Part shown: positions 12,945-26,433 of the stretch, piece by piece
Layout: every line of letters begins with the position of its first letter
How positions within the stretch are numbered: the stretch's first letter is position 1
Assembly (NCBI GenBank): GCA_964016885.1
Contig: OZ024743.1
Coordinates: 284,146,001-284,210,000 of the forward strand
Direction of reading: 5' to 3'
Length of the DNA stretch: 64,000 nt
DNA from: Eledone cirrhosa
Lineage: Eukaryota
Position numbers and translations under genes: made by a program
The notes under the pieces: generated by a model
Databases searched by the model: none
What the model was told of the DNA's origin: nothing
Seen by the model: the letters and a program-made list of their open reading frames with translations, nothing else

Positions 12945-15550
12945 CGACCTCACGGTCAGAACTAGACGAACCTGGAAACAGAGGCCAACCTGGAGAAGAA
13001 AGATCTGGAAGCTGAAAGTCCCCTCAACCAGTAACAGATTTAAAGATATTTTACTCAACGCCTACGACAGTAAAGAAGAACAGATAGAGACATTTAACGT
13101 AGAAGAGAACTGGGAGTTCCTAAAAAATAATTTACTAGAGGCGACGGATGAGGTCTGTGGCTGGAGTAAGACCTCAAGCAGGAGGAGAGTGACTTGGTGG
13201 TGGAACAATAAGGTAGATGAAGCAGTTAAGGCCAAGAGACAGGCATGGAAAGAATGGAAAAACGGGGGGAGCAGGGTACATTACATAGAGACCAAGAGGG
13301 AAGCTAGGCGACAAGTATACTTAGCTAGGAGGGAAGCAGAGGATAGAAAATTCAAGCATGTTTTACAACATGAGGACCAGAAACAGGAGGTATTCAAGAT
13401 TGCGAGGCAGTGTGTCAGAGATAGTTGTGATGTCATTGGAGAGAGGTGTATCCGGAATGATAAAGGTGAGCTTGCCCTCACAAGTGCTGAGAAGAAAGAT
13501 GCATGGAAGAGTCATTATGATAGATTACTAAATGAGGAGAATGCATGGGAAGAAGAGACCCTACCCCAAGTAGACCCTATAGAGGGACCAGCAGTACAAG
13601 TCAGCAGCAGCGTAGTAAGTAAGGCAATCAAAGATATGAAGATGGGGAAGGCAACCGGTCCATCGGGTATAGCTGCCGAGATGCTGAAGGCATCTGTGTC
13701 TGTAGGTCACACTATAACCACACACATTGTTAACCAGGTAATACTAGAAAGTGTCATACCAAAAGATTGGTGCAGTAGCATCATTGTCAACTGCTACAAA
13801 GGTAAAGGCGATGCACTAGATAGGGGAAACTATAGAGGTATAAAGCTGATGGACCAGGTCATGAAAGTAACAGAAAGAGTTATAGCACAGCTGATTAGGG
13901 ACCGGGTGAATATAGACGAGATGCAATTTGGGTTTGTACCAGGAACAGGCACCACTGATGCCCTCTTCCTTGTGAGGCAATTACAGGAAAAGTACCTAGC
14001 TAAAAGTAAGCCACTCTACTTGGCATTTGTCGACCTTGAGAAAGCCTTTGACAGAGTTCCACGTGCTGTAATCTGGTGGGCTCTTAGAAAACTAGGAGTA
14101 GATGAATGGCTTGTGAAAGCGGTACAAGGCATGTATAGGGGAGCAGTCAGCAAAGTTAGGATTAGCAATGAGTATAGCGAGGAATTTAACGTACAGGTTG
14201 GGGTCCACCAGGGCCCTGTTCTTAGCCCTCTCCTGTTCATCATAGTCCTGCAGGCAATAACGGAGGAGTTTAAGACCGGATGCCCATGGGAACTCCTGTA
14301 TGCTGATGACCTCGCATTCATAGCTGAATCTATGGTAGAACTAGAGAATAAATTCCAAACCTAGAAGCAGGGACTAGAGAGAAAGGGTCTCAAAGTCAAC
14401 ATGACAAAGACTAAGGTCCTTGTAAGTAGACGAGAAAACAGAACCCAGATCCCCTCAGGGAAATGGCCTTGCTCAGTATGTAGGAAAGGTGTAGGTAGGA
14501 ACTCAATTCTCTGCCCCAAATGCAAACAATGGGTACACAAGAGATGTAGCGGGATCTCAGGAAGCTTAATTAAGAATGTAGGCTTCACATGTAGCAGCTG
14601 TACTGGGACAGCAAGCAGCAAACAGCCACAGGAAACAAGTACCACCAATCTCTGGGAGGGCCCTGTAGAAACAGTAGACAGCTTCTGCTACCTAGGTGAC
14701 CGAATTAGCAACGGAGGTGGGTGTTCAGAAAGTACAATAACTAGGGTAAGAACGGGATGGAACAAGTTTAGGGAACTACTACCACTGCTAGCTGCAAAAG
14801 GCTTCTCCCTCAGAATGAAAGGCAGACTGTATGATGCGTGTATCCGAACAGCAATGTTGCATGGTAGTGAGATCCGGGCGCTGAAGGTGGAAGACTTACG
14901 TAGATTAGAGAGAAACGAAGTCTGCATGCTCCGATGGATGTGTAACAGTAATATACGTGAACGACAAAGCATAAATGAATTGAGAGAGAGACTGAGCATA
15001 AGAGGAATCAAATGCTGTGTGCAGGAGAGGCGGTTGCGCTGGTATGGACATGTGATGCGTATGAAGGATGACAGCTGCATAAAAAGGTGCAGAGCACTAG
15101 AAGTTGATGGAAACCGCGGAGTGGGGAGACCCAAGATGACCTGGGATGAGGTGATAAAAGCCGACCTTACCCAATTACACCTCTCAAAGACAATGACACA
15201 CGACCGTGACTTCTGGCGTCACGCTGTAATACAGAGTACCCGACCTCCCATGGGTACATGCTGAAGCATATAAACAATATGCCCCCACCGCAAGGTGATC
15301 GTGGAGGTGCCACGGCAAAAAAGCACCCAGCCCACACTGTAAAGTAGACGTATAGGCGCCACGAAAAAGCACCCAGCACTCACTGTAAATGAGGTTGGTG
15401 TTAGGAAGGGCATCCAGCTGTAGAAATCAAGCCAGATCAGTTCCTGTATGAGCAAGGCATGGTCAGCCGACCAGACACTGCACACAACAGGACAACCCGT
15501 CTAACCCATGCTAGCGTTGAAGAACGGACGTAAAACGGTGATGATGATGA

Positions 15551-15554
<4 letters not shown>
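12945..15554 (+). mobile_element. RTE family B LINE, 5'-truncated, premature stop at 14362
   Basis: ORFs 13189-14364 and 14401-15264 are in the same frame; C-terminus QSTRPPMGTC and 3' UTR differ from family A. Confidence 0.93.
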
Positions 15555-15591
<37 letters not shown>

Positions 15592-15594
<3 letters not shown>

Positions 15595-15874
15595 TCATTT
15601 CACTTTACGTCCGCTTTTTCCCTGCTTGCACGGGTGGGACGGGAACTGATTCTGGCTTGATTACTACAGCTGGATGACCTTCCTAACACCAACCTCACTT
15701 ACAGTGAGTGCTGGGTGCTTTTCTTTTGCCGTGGCACCTCCACGACCACTTTGAAGTGGAATGATATGGACCCCAGTCCTTATCATCTCATTTCTACAGC
15801 TGAGTAAACTGGAGCAATGTGAAATAAAGTGTCTTGCTCAAGGAAACAACACATCACATGGTCTGAGAATTGAA
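15592..15874 (-). mobile_element. SINE (family of 6217-6562) lacking most of the tRNA head
   Basis: sequence match to the other copies. Confidence 0.82.
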
Positions 15875-15916
15875 TATAATAATATATATAATATATATAT
15901 ATAATATATATATAAT

Positions 15917-16181
15917 ATTAGGAAGGGCATCCAGCTGTAGAAAACCCGCCAGACAGTCCACGCTGTAATGTGGCCATGTAGGCAACACGGTAAAAACCTC
16001 CCAGCCCCACACTGTAAATGTGGTTGGTGTTAGGAAGGGCATCCAGCTGTAGAAAACCCGCCAGACAGTCCTATGCGAGCAAGACAATCACTCTTGCCTC
16101 AAGTGGGAAAACCCCCGTCCAAACCCATGCAAGCGTGGAACACGGACGTTAAACGTTGATGATGATGATGATGATGATGAT
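15917..16181 (+). mobile_element. RTE family A 3' end carrying the same UTR duplication as 8111-8340
   Basis: sequence match. Confidence 0.82.
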
Positions 16182-16182
16182 A

Positions 16183-16280
<98 letters not shown>

Positions 16281-16303
16281 TATATATAATATATATATAA
16301 TAT

Positions 16304-16335
<32 letters not shown>

Positions 16336-16393
16336 ATATATATAATATATATATATACATATATATATATATTATATATATTATATATTATAA

Positions 16394-16601
16394 AAAGCAC
16401 GAAAAAGCACCCAGCACTCACTGTAAATGAGGTTGGTGTTAGGAAGGGCATCCAGCTGTAGAAATCAAGCCAGATCAGTTCCTGTATGAGCAAGGCATGG
16501 TCAGCCGACCAGACACTGCCCACAACAGGACAACCCGTCTAACCCATGCTAGCGTGGAAGAACGGACGTAAAACGGTGATGATGATGATGATGATGATGA
16601 T
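16394..16601 (+). mobile_element. RTE family B 3' terminal fragment
   Basis: sequence match. Confidence 0.85.
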
Positions 16602-16612
16602 ATATATAATAT

Positions 16613-16706
<94 letters not shown>

Positions 16707-16897
16707 TATAATATATATATATAATATATATATATAATATATATATATATATAATATATATATATATATAATATATATATATATATAATATATATTATAT
16801 ATATATAATATATATATAGAATATATATATATATATAATATATATATAGAATATATATATATATATATAATATATATATATATTATATATAATATAT

Positions 16898-16952
<55 letters not shown>

Positions 16953-16963
16953 TAGAATAAATA

Positions 16964-17008
<45 letters not shown>

Positions 17009-17021
17009 TATATAATATATT

Positions 17022-17770
17022 GCCCGGAGTATCGCTAAAAAGCTTTCTCCGATATTGTATTTAATTATTTACTCTTGCCGCAGCAGATTTGAAATTTCCC
17101 GGTATAAGGTTAGGATTTCTTTGTTTATTTTTTATATATGAATATTGATTGTTCCTTATATCTCATTCTGTTATTTTGCCCGAGAAAATATCTGTGTGTG
17201 TCATCAAATGTTGTATACACATAGATATTTTTTCAATTTCCAATTGAGTTCTTAGCACGTGACCTGAATTCCTTTTAGAGTTCATTGTCATGCGCATGTA
17301 TTGTTTTTTTTGGCGGTAATTTACTTCCTCATTTTTGAATCAGTTTGAGCATTTCTTTAGAATTGCTGGACTGACAACCTGACAGATACCTCAGGCACAG
17401 ATGATGATTATCGCTAAATACTGATGTTGGTTAGATTATCAATATTAGTATTATTGGGGCACCCACTGATGAATTATAGGAGCCCACTTGAATATATATC
17501 TATTGATGGTATACAAGCTCCTACATAAATTGGTATAATTTAACCCAAATTGTAGGAATCCTATAATGAAACGAGACGTCCGTCTGGGAAGAGATATATT
17601 CGATATGTCTCATATGAAATAATACAGCCAATTTTCCACGCAATACTTTTAGTTAGCACCCGAACGCATAATTGGGAATATAATCACTTATTTCCTAATG
17701 TTTGTTGAGTGAGTTGGAATTTGGCCGGAATATCGCTAAAAAGCTTTCTCTGATATTGTATTTATTTATT
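17022..17770 (+). mobile_element. Non-coding ~750-bp element with ~45-bp terminal direct repeats and an internal hammerhead (pLTR- or retrozyme-like)
   Basis: ccgga(g/a)tatcgctaaaaagctttctc(c/t)gatattgtattt at both ends; (TA)n flanks. Confidence 0.65.
17462..17588 (+). ncRNA. Type-I hammerhead ribozyme with expanded stem II
   Basis: ccca-CTGATGA-attatagga...tcctataat-GAAA-cg(agacgtc)cg-TC-tggg; GUC cleavage triplet ending at 17584. Confidence 0.75.
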
Positions 17771-17827
17771 ATATATATAATATATATAATATATATATAA
17801 TATATATACTATATATATAATATATAT

Positions 17828-18482
17828 AGAAACGAAGCCTGCATGCTCCGATGGATGTGTAACAGTAATATACGTGAACGACAAAGCATAAATGAATTAA
17901 GAGAGAGACTGAGCATAAGAGGAATCAAATGCTGTGTGCAGGAGAGGCGGTTGCTCTGGTATGGACATGTGGTGCGTATGAAGGATGACAGCTGCATAAA
18001 AAGGTGCAGAGCACTAGAAGTTGATGGAAACCGCGGAGTGGGGAGACCCAAGATGACCTGGGATGAGGTGATAAAAGCCGACCTTACCCAATTACACCTC
18101 TCAAAGGCAATGACACACGACCGTGACTTCTGGCGTCACGCAGTAATACAGAGTACCCGACCTCCCATGGGTACAAGCTGAAGCATATAGACAATATGCC
18201 CCCACACACCCCACCGCAAGGTGGTCGTGGAGGTGCCACGGCAAAAAAGCACCCAGCCTACACTGTAAAGTGGACGTGTAGGTGCCACGAAAAAGCACCC
18301 AACACTCACTGTAAATGAGGTTGGTGTTAGGAAGGGCATCCAGCTGTAGAAATCAAGCCAAATCAGTACCTGTATGAGCAAGGCATGGTCAGCCGACCAG
18401 ACACTGCCCACAACAGGACAACCCGTCTAACCCATGCTAGCGTGGAAGAACGGACGTAAAACGGTGATGATGATGATGATGA

Positions 18483-18486
<4 letters not shown>
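17828..18486 (+). mobile_element. RTE family B 3' fragment
   Basis: ORF 17843-18181 and the UTR match 14910-15554. Confidence 0.9.
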
Positions 18487-18528
<42 letters not shown>

Positions 18529-18564
18529 ATATATATATATATATTATATATATAATATATATAT

Positions 18565-18872
18565 ATCTATCTAAGGCGGGTAAAATTCCCGAGATCCATG
18601 GACGAGTTCTCTCCAGCGGTCTCTGTCCCTCATTATCGCTGCCATATCCTGCATCTCCAACAGACCAGTGTCTGTCCTTAGGGCATCAACATATGTTAAC
18701 CTTGGTCTTCCTCTTCTAGTGTGTCCATGCTGAGGATGGCTCTGAACATTAATCAGTATACACTGAGGATGAAAAACTCAGAGCTGTATGGGAGCATCCC
18801 AAAAGTCAGCTCAAAAGTGACACAGAGGACAACTGAGGTTGGCTGGAGATGCTCACCGACATCCAGAGTTGA
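18565..18872 (-). mobile_element. Third RTE-type LINE, 3' end with an inverted 5' segment
   Basis: minus strand RRGRPRLTYVDALRTDTG...DRDRWRELV with a (TAGA)n tail; plus strand MLRMALNI...RLAGDAHRHPEL. Confidence 0.75.
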
Positions 18873-18958
18873 TATATATATATATAATATATATATATAT
18901 ATTATATATTATATATTATATATACATAATATATATAATATATATATATATATATAAT

Positions 18959-20150
18959 ATAGTAATAATAATAAATTTGGAGACTAAAATCCAAAGAGGG
19001 CTCGATAAGGATAAATATATATCAAATATATAAGAACCGTAGAGCAAATATTTATTAAAATAACAGATTAAAGTTTAAGCAAAGAATCGCTGCTTTCACC
19101 CTTAACGAGATCTTCTGAAACTAACAAAGTCAATCTGTAAACGCAGAACTGGATATTTCAAAAAACGTTGCAACCGGAGGAAGACAGGAAGACGGTACTT
19201 TGGTTCGTGGAAACGTTCGCTGGCTCGGCTTGTAAACATAAATTGCACAAAACTTTCCTGTATTACAGCCCCACGTTATACCCTAATGGATAGTTCAATC
19301 TATACGTGGATATTTTACGTCTCGATGTGGGAGCTAAGTATATGTTTGTTTATACCTTTACTTATTTGCATAGGTAAGTATATATTATCCGTATGTTTTG
19401 TGAAGGTACGTATACCTTCGTGTACGTATATTTGATTGTTATGGCGTATAATTTTTTTATATTTCTAGTACATATGGTTCGGCTATGTGTATACGGGAGT
19501 TTTGCGTCTGTGTGAGTATGCAGGTTCGTACGTATGTAGGGCGTGTGTATATGTGTACTTCATGTTCTGGTTGACTTACATCTCCGAACATTCGTGTATT
19601 TACATATAGGTATGTGTGTGCGCTTGTTATATACGTATTTATTTATTTATATACGTTTATATAATTATTTATTTATTTGTATACACGCTTACACACACAC
19701 ACACATTTATATGTGTGTGGTTTTGTTTACCTATGGTAAGTTTTTGCGTATGCTTGTGTATGTACGTATTTGTTTGCGTGTTTGTATTTATTTATTTCTA
19801 TTACTTCTGTTTTATATTTATTTACTTTGTTCTTAACTCTGTAGCGGAGATTCATTCGGTCTCCTAGTTAGAATTTAGTCTACGACATCTGCTATACTAT
19901 TTACGTGGTTTTGTCCTCCACGCTCCACATATGACGTATTATCTTCGTTTTTTCGTTCATTGCTAGAGAACATTAGTCTACGACCTCTTTTATACCATAA
20001 ACGTGGTTCTGTCTTTGCACGTAATTGCTTTTCACCGCTCCTATTAATGACGTATTATATTCGTTTTTTCCCGTTCTTAGCCAGCGAACGTTTCCACGAA
20101 CCAAAGTACCGTCTTCCTGTCTTCCTCCGGTTGCAACGTTTTTTGAAATA
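18959..20150 (+). mobile_element. Second copy of the 4114-5260 element, with its 3' end duplicated in inverted orientation at 19046-19224
   Basis: 19154-19224 is the reverse complement of ~20080-20150; minus-strand CAGAAGA hammerhead-like fold at 19063-19138. Confidence 0.7.
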
Positions 20151-20824
20151 TTTTTGTTAGATATTTTGTTAGAGATGCCTACTGGCTGGAGTAGGTTTTA
20201 CTATATATATATATAATATATATTATATATATATATATATAATATATATATATATAATATATATATATATATAATATATATATAAAATATATATATATAT
20301 AATATATATATATAATCATCATCATCATCATCATATATATATATAATATATATATATAATATATATATATATAATATATATATATAATATATATATATAT
20401 AATATATATATATAATATATATATATATATAATATATATATATAATATATATATATATATAATATATATATATAATATATATATATATATAATATATATA
20501 TATAATATATATATATATATAATATATATATATAATATATATATATATATAATATATATATATAATATATATATATATATAATATATATATATAATATAT
20601 ATATATATATAATATATATATATAATATATATATATATAATATATATATATATATAATATATATATATATAATATATATATATATATATAATATATATAT
20701 AATATATATAATATATATATATAATATATATATATATATATAATATATATATAATATATATAATATATATATATAATATATATATAATATATATATATAT
20801 AATATATATATATATATAATATAT

Positions 20825-20856
<32 letters not shown>

Positions 20857-21215
20857 ATATATATATATAATATATATATATATATAATATATATATATAT
20901 AATATATATTATATATATATATAATATATATTATATATATATATAATATATATATATATATAATATATATTATATATATATATAATATATATATATATAT
21001 AATATATATTATATATATATATAATATATATTATATATATATATAATATATATTATATATATATATATAATATATATATATATAATATGTATTATATATA
21101 TATATATAATATATATTATATATATATATAATATATATATATATATAATATATATTATATATAATATATATTATATATATATATAATATATATATATATA
21201 TAATATATATTATAC

Positions 21216-21252
<37 letters not shown>

Positions 21253-21340
21253 ATATTATATATATATTATATATATATATATTATATATATATTATATAT
21301 ATATATATTATATATATATTATATATATATATTATATATA

Positions 21341-21410
<70 letters not shown>

Positions 21411-21411
21411 T

Positions 21412-21690
21412 GGAGGCACATGGCTTAGTGGTTAGAGGTTAGAGCATTGGCCTTGCAATCGAAAGATTGTGAGTTCAATTCTCAGACTGGGTGATGTGTA
21501 GTTTCCTTGAGCAAGGCACTTTATTTCACATTGCTCCAGTTTACACTAGAAGTCGATGGAAGTCGCGGAGTGACATGATAAAGGCCGACCTTACCCAATT
21601 GCACCTCCAGCGTCACACAGTAATACTCGATCCCCCACAGGAATAGCCGAATCTGAAGCATATAGAAAATATGCACCCACATGGACATGG
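21412..21690 (+). mobile_element. SINE head fused to a decayed RTE-B-like 3' fragment
   Basis: SINE sequence to ~21545, then cactagaagtcgatgg...gccgaccttacccaatt. Confidence 0.65.
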
Positions 21691-22079
21691 TTATCCTGTT
21701 CCGTATAACCATGTCCATTACGAGCTGAGAACCATAATGGCTGATACATAGAATTTTTAACAGTTACAAGTCACATACAACAAATATACAGCCGTTTTTA
21801 CGAAAAGTGAGAGCCGTAACGGATACCACTTTTTGTACAAACTGTTACACATACTATTTGAACATAATCTGTAGATATGAAGAAATCCACACAGACTAAT
21901 GATTTCACAGCATTCAGTATGTTTAGAGATACAACGGAAATCTCAGTAGCAAGCTACACAACTTTAAAGTCTAACTGACCGTACATATATATATTTATAT
22001 ATATAATACCTTCAAATAACCAAAGGTTCACTCACATAAGAAAAAGTGTATACAAATATCTAAAAACACGCACAAAAAA

Positions 22080-25000
22080 AAAAAATGACTACTAACCAGC
22101 AAGCCTACAACAGACGAAATTGGTCTGATAATGAAATTGACCTCTTAATAAACACATGGTTTTCTCTGTCCCAAACATTAAACATTAATGCTTCGTGTCT
22201 GAATGAGATTGCTGAAAAAACAGCTAACATTCACCACGAGGTCTGCTAAGCAGATACACCACAAACTAAAACAAGTTGAAGTCTCTTTCAAACTAATTCA
22301 AAACCATTTTGAAAAACTTCAATATATTTACTCCAACAGTCAAACACAACAACAGCCACAACAACAACAACAGCCAGAAAATCAGGAGCTACCACCACTG
22401 AATTCAAGCATAATAGCTGAGTTACTGAACGACAGTATCCCTCCACCACTTTCAGTCATCATTATTGCCATCATCATCTTCTGCCACAACAACTGCTAGT
22501 AACGGACCACTGCTTTCTCTCCCAGCCTCCACCACAGTTATCATCATCGTCACCACCACTGCCGCTATCGTATTCTACCATGTCAACTACTATCAATGAA
22601 AAACCACTGCTTTCTTCCCCGACAGTCATGCTGTAGTCAAAAGAACCTTTAAAATAAATCTATGGAGCTGTATGCAGCTAGAAACTCCAAAATATGCTGC
22701 TACAAACTAGAAACCCCAAAATATGCCGCTACTCACTACGTCAGAGGCTATGCACACGTAGCGACTGCATATTTACCCATTTACCTGGTACTAGACGCAC
22801 TAACACTGCCAGCCAATGACAAAGCATGCTGCCCACATGCATAAGTCGGAGTCCCAAAATCTGCTGACATTCCCAACGTGAGAGGCTATGTTTGCTGACT
22901 GACTGTCCCTTCACTCATCTTCCTGGGACACAACGCACGAACAGAAAAGGGGCTCCATGCCAACGTACAAACCACAATAAAGCCACCCCCTGCTGCAGTA
23001 ATGTTGCTCCAGTCTTCTCACAAAGACACGATTACAACAACAAAAGTAATGCTGCTCCAGGCTTTTCACACAAAGACACAATTACAACAAATACAACAAC
23101 AACAACAACAAAAGAGGGAACTGCAACCCTATCCAATGGTGTAACCACAAATCCAATCAAAAACTGCTCCCTGAACAAGAACATTTTTCTTTTTTAGCCA
23201 TGAACCTGGCAAAAGAGATACAGAAAAACATTTCACCCAACACCATCCTTGCTGTCACTAACACACAATCTCAAAGCAAGCCCCCAGCAACAGTCAAATC
23301 CAGCCACCACACTAGCCTCCACATTTTTACTCAATACACAAGGTATCAGCCCATCCATCAATGCACAGAAATGGAAGATCCAATTCATTGAGGATTGGGT
23401 TGGTAACCATCCATTTCACATCCTCTTCTTCATTCTTACTGAGACCCACCTTGACAACTCCCACTTGGAGGCCGAAGTAAGAGTGAGGAATTTCACAACC
23501 ATCTGCATGGATCGTGTTGGCATAAGGAAGGGTGGAACTATCATTTTCCTGCATGATTCCTTTACAGCAGATGGTAACACAACATTCTCCAATGGTTACT
23601 GTGAATCAGTCACTGTGCACAACAAAGCCAATGACCTGATATTAGTTAGGCTCTATAGGCCACCACAAACACCCATAATCTGCTTCAAAGAATGCTTCAA
23701 CAGCATTAAATGCTTTATTCAACAGTGCCATTCTAGCAACATACTTTAATCTACCCTGTGTCGATTGGACTACAAGCAGTTTGAAACCAGGCACTCCAAC
23801 CTCAACCACTGACAAAGAAGCAGTTGAGTCACTTCTTGACTTTATGAATGTGTTTTTCTTGTCCCAACTTGTCTTTGCACCAACAAGGCATCAGAAGAAC
23901 ATCTAGTGTTTAGTAACCACACTAACACTATACATAATATTACAGTGGAAAAAAGCCTTCTCTCAGACCATGACATGGTTCTTTGTAACCTGAGATTCAA
24001 CCAGCTGAAAGCTAATCCTAGGGACGTCTTTCCAGCCCACCCATTTGATAACATGGATCTCTATAAAACCAACTGGGATGCAATTATGAACGAACTATCG
24101 CATGTTGACTGGTCATTAACACACGCACACATTTCCACCAACATCAAAACATCTTGGCAGATCTTTGTAGACACTGTCACAAATATATGTACAAAACACA
24201 CCCCACCAAAACCTGTGAACAAAACTAAGTGCAGTATCCCCTAAAACAGAAAAATAAAATGAACAAACAAAAAAATTAACATACTAAAATACTGTCAACA
24301 GCAACACACACATTTGACGGCTATCGCCCTGCTAGAATAAAAAAAATATAACCTCCAACAATGCATGAAGACCATCATCAATAACGAGAGAACAGCTGAA
24401 GGGAGGTGGGCCATTGAGAAAATCAAACTCAATCCTAAAGTGTTCTTTTCATTTGCTAAAAAACACAAGGTCACTGTCTCCACTGTTGGCCCTCTAGTTG
24501 ATGAAAATGGTACACTCCAAGACAATGCCAAAACCATGGGCGAGATACTGCAGAACCAATACTGCTTTGTTTTCAGCAATCCTGATATGGCCGATCTGGG
24601 CTGTATCAGAGATGTTAATCCCCAACACACTATATCGGACATAACGTTTGGCGCCCCTGATGTCTTAGTGGCAATAAACAAAATTAAACACAATTCAGCA
24701 GTAGGCGCCAACAGGTTCCCTGCTTGTGTCCTGAAGGTGTGTCGACACCAACTTGCAACTCCTCTTGCTAATCTGTGGAGGAACTCACTGGATACTGGCT
24801 ATATTCCTGAAAACTTTCTGTCCCAGTCTTCAAAACGGGAAATAAGTCCCTTGCAGTAAACTACTGTCCGATCTCACTCATCTCCCATATTATCAAGGTA
24901 TTTGAGAGGGTGGTGAGATCACGAATAACCCACTTTCTTGAAAGCAACGGACTGCTGAACTCCAACCAACATGGGTTCCGTAATGGAAGGGACTGCCTAA

Positions 25001-26282
25001 CACAGCTCCTGCATAACTTTGACGATGCTTTGAGAGCCTTGGGAGAGGGCTCCAACACTGATGTCATCTACCTTGATTTCAGCAAGGCCTTTGACAGGGT
25101 TGATCATAAGATTCTACTGAAAAAACTATCCAATATTGGTATCTCTGGAAAGTTACTACAGTGGATCAAATGTTTCCTGACAGGCAGAACCCAGCATGTT
25201 GTAGTCGAAGGAGTAAGATCAAGCCCTGTCAAAGTTAGCAGTGGCGTCCCACAAGGCACTGAGTTGGGCCCACTTCTTTTCATCATCTACATTAATGACA
25301 TTACTGACATCATGAAGCACAGCAACATAAGAATCTTTGCAGGTGATTCCAAGCTCCATAGGGTCATCAATGAGGTGGGTGACCAGACTTGCCTTCAGTC
25401 AGACATACTGGCTGTTATCCAATGGACAGAAAAAAATAATATGCTGTTGAATGAGGATAAGTTTGAATTAATCCACTTTGGAAAAAAGGATGCCCTGAAA
25501 CTACCATACTCTCTTCCTTCGGGTGAAACTCTAGTGGTATCCAACAACATCAGAGACCTTGTGGACAACAACATAAGCCTGGGCCACTCATAAAAACAGA
25601 AAAGTTGACATGGCCCGCCGAATGTGTTCCTGGATTCTCAGAACCTTCCAATCAGATATCCACACTGTTATCCTTCTCTTCTCCACTTTTGCCTGACCCC
25701 CACTTTGAATACTGTTGTCCACTGTGGTCTCCCCACACGAAACAAAGTATCATGAAAGTTGAAGCACCCCAAAGATCGATTACAAAAAAGATGACAGGCC
25801 TTGACTATTGGAGTCGATTAAAAAAAGCACAACCTATATTCTCTCCAACGTTGCTGTGAGCGCTACATTATCTGCATGATGTGGAAAATATTCCATCAGC
25901 TTTGCCCAAATGATGTTGGGATCACCTTTAATATACACCCAAGGCTTGGGCCTCGTGCTATTTGCCCACAACAAAAATCTCACTCGCATCTCATAACAAC
26001 AATATGGCACAAATATTTCACCTCAATTGGCCCTGCTCTCTCTAACATTACACCAAAACACATTAAAACAGAAACAGACCCCATCAAGTTCAAGAAGTCT
26101 TTGGACAAATCCCTTCAAGAAATCCTGGAGAAGCCTCCTACACCTGGATATGCCTCCATAAACAATAACTCTCTGCTCAAGTGGGCCATGGTGCCCAAAC
26201 CCTGATTTGTAAGACTTCGCGAGGTGGTGCTTTTAAGTTAGACATGGCTTGGACCAATACTGGCCGAAAGTTATCAAAGTTA
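22080..26282 (+). mobile_element. Near full-length decayed CR1/L2-group LINE (CCCH-finger ORF1 remnant, APE endonuclease, RT)
   Basis: LNTQG, LTETHL, DR..RKGG, LYRPP, SDH (APE); QHGFR, YLDFSKAFD, SGVPQG (RT); EYCCPLWSP; many stops and frameshifts; 5' boundary approximate. Confidence 0.88.
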
Positions 26283-26349
26283 TATATAAAATATATATAT
26301 ATATATAGAGGTAGAACACTAGAAGGTAATATCCGTAGTGGTAGAGCAC

Positions 26350-26415
26350 TTAGTCCATAGGACGAGCTGAAGATCCGCTAAGGTGAAACAATTGTTCTCG
26401 GTATGGTGAACTAAC
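26350..26415 (+). ncRNA. Minimal type-I hammerhead in a ~125-bp insert (26307-26432)
   Basis: cgag-CTGAAGA-t-cc/gg-t-GAAA-caattg-TT-ctcg; stem I extends through ccata/tatgg and ttagt/actaa. Confidence 0.65.
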
Positions 26416-26433
26416 TGTCGTGTTTCTACTTAT

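Noticed and set aside
11733-13058. Long Ile/Tyr-rich ORFs (also 923-1441, 16088-16737, 30216-31046 and others)
   Set aside because: Translations of (TA)n microsatellite, which can run long without an in-frame stop
21720-21750. gagctgagaaccataatggctgata hammerhead-like look
   Set aside because: Neither CUGANGA nor GAAA core is intact
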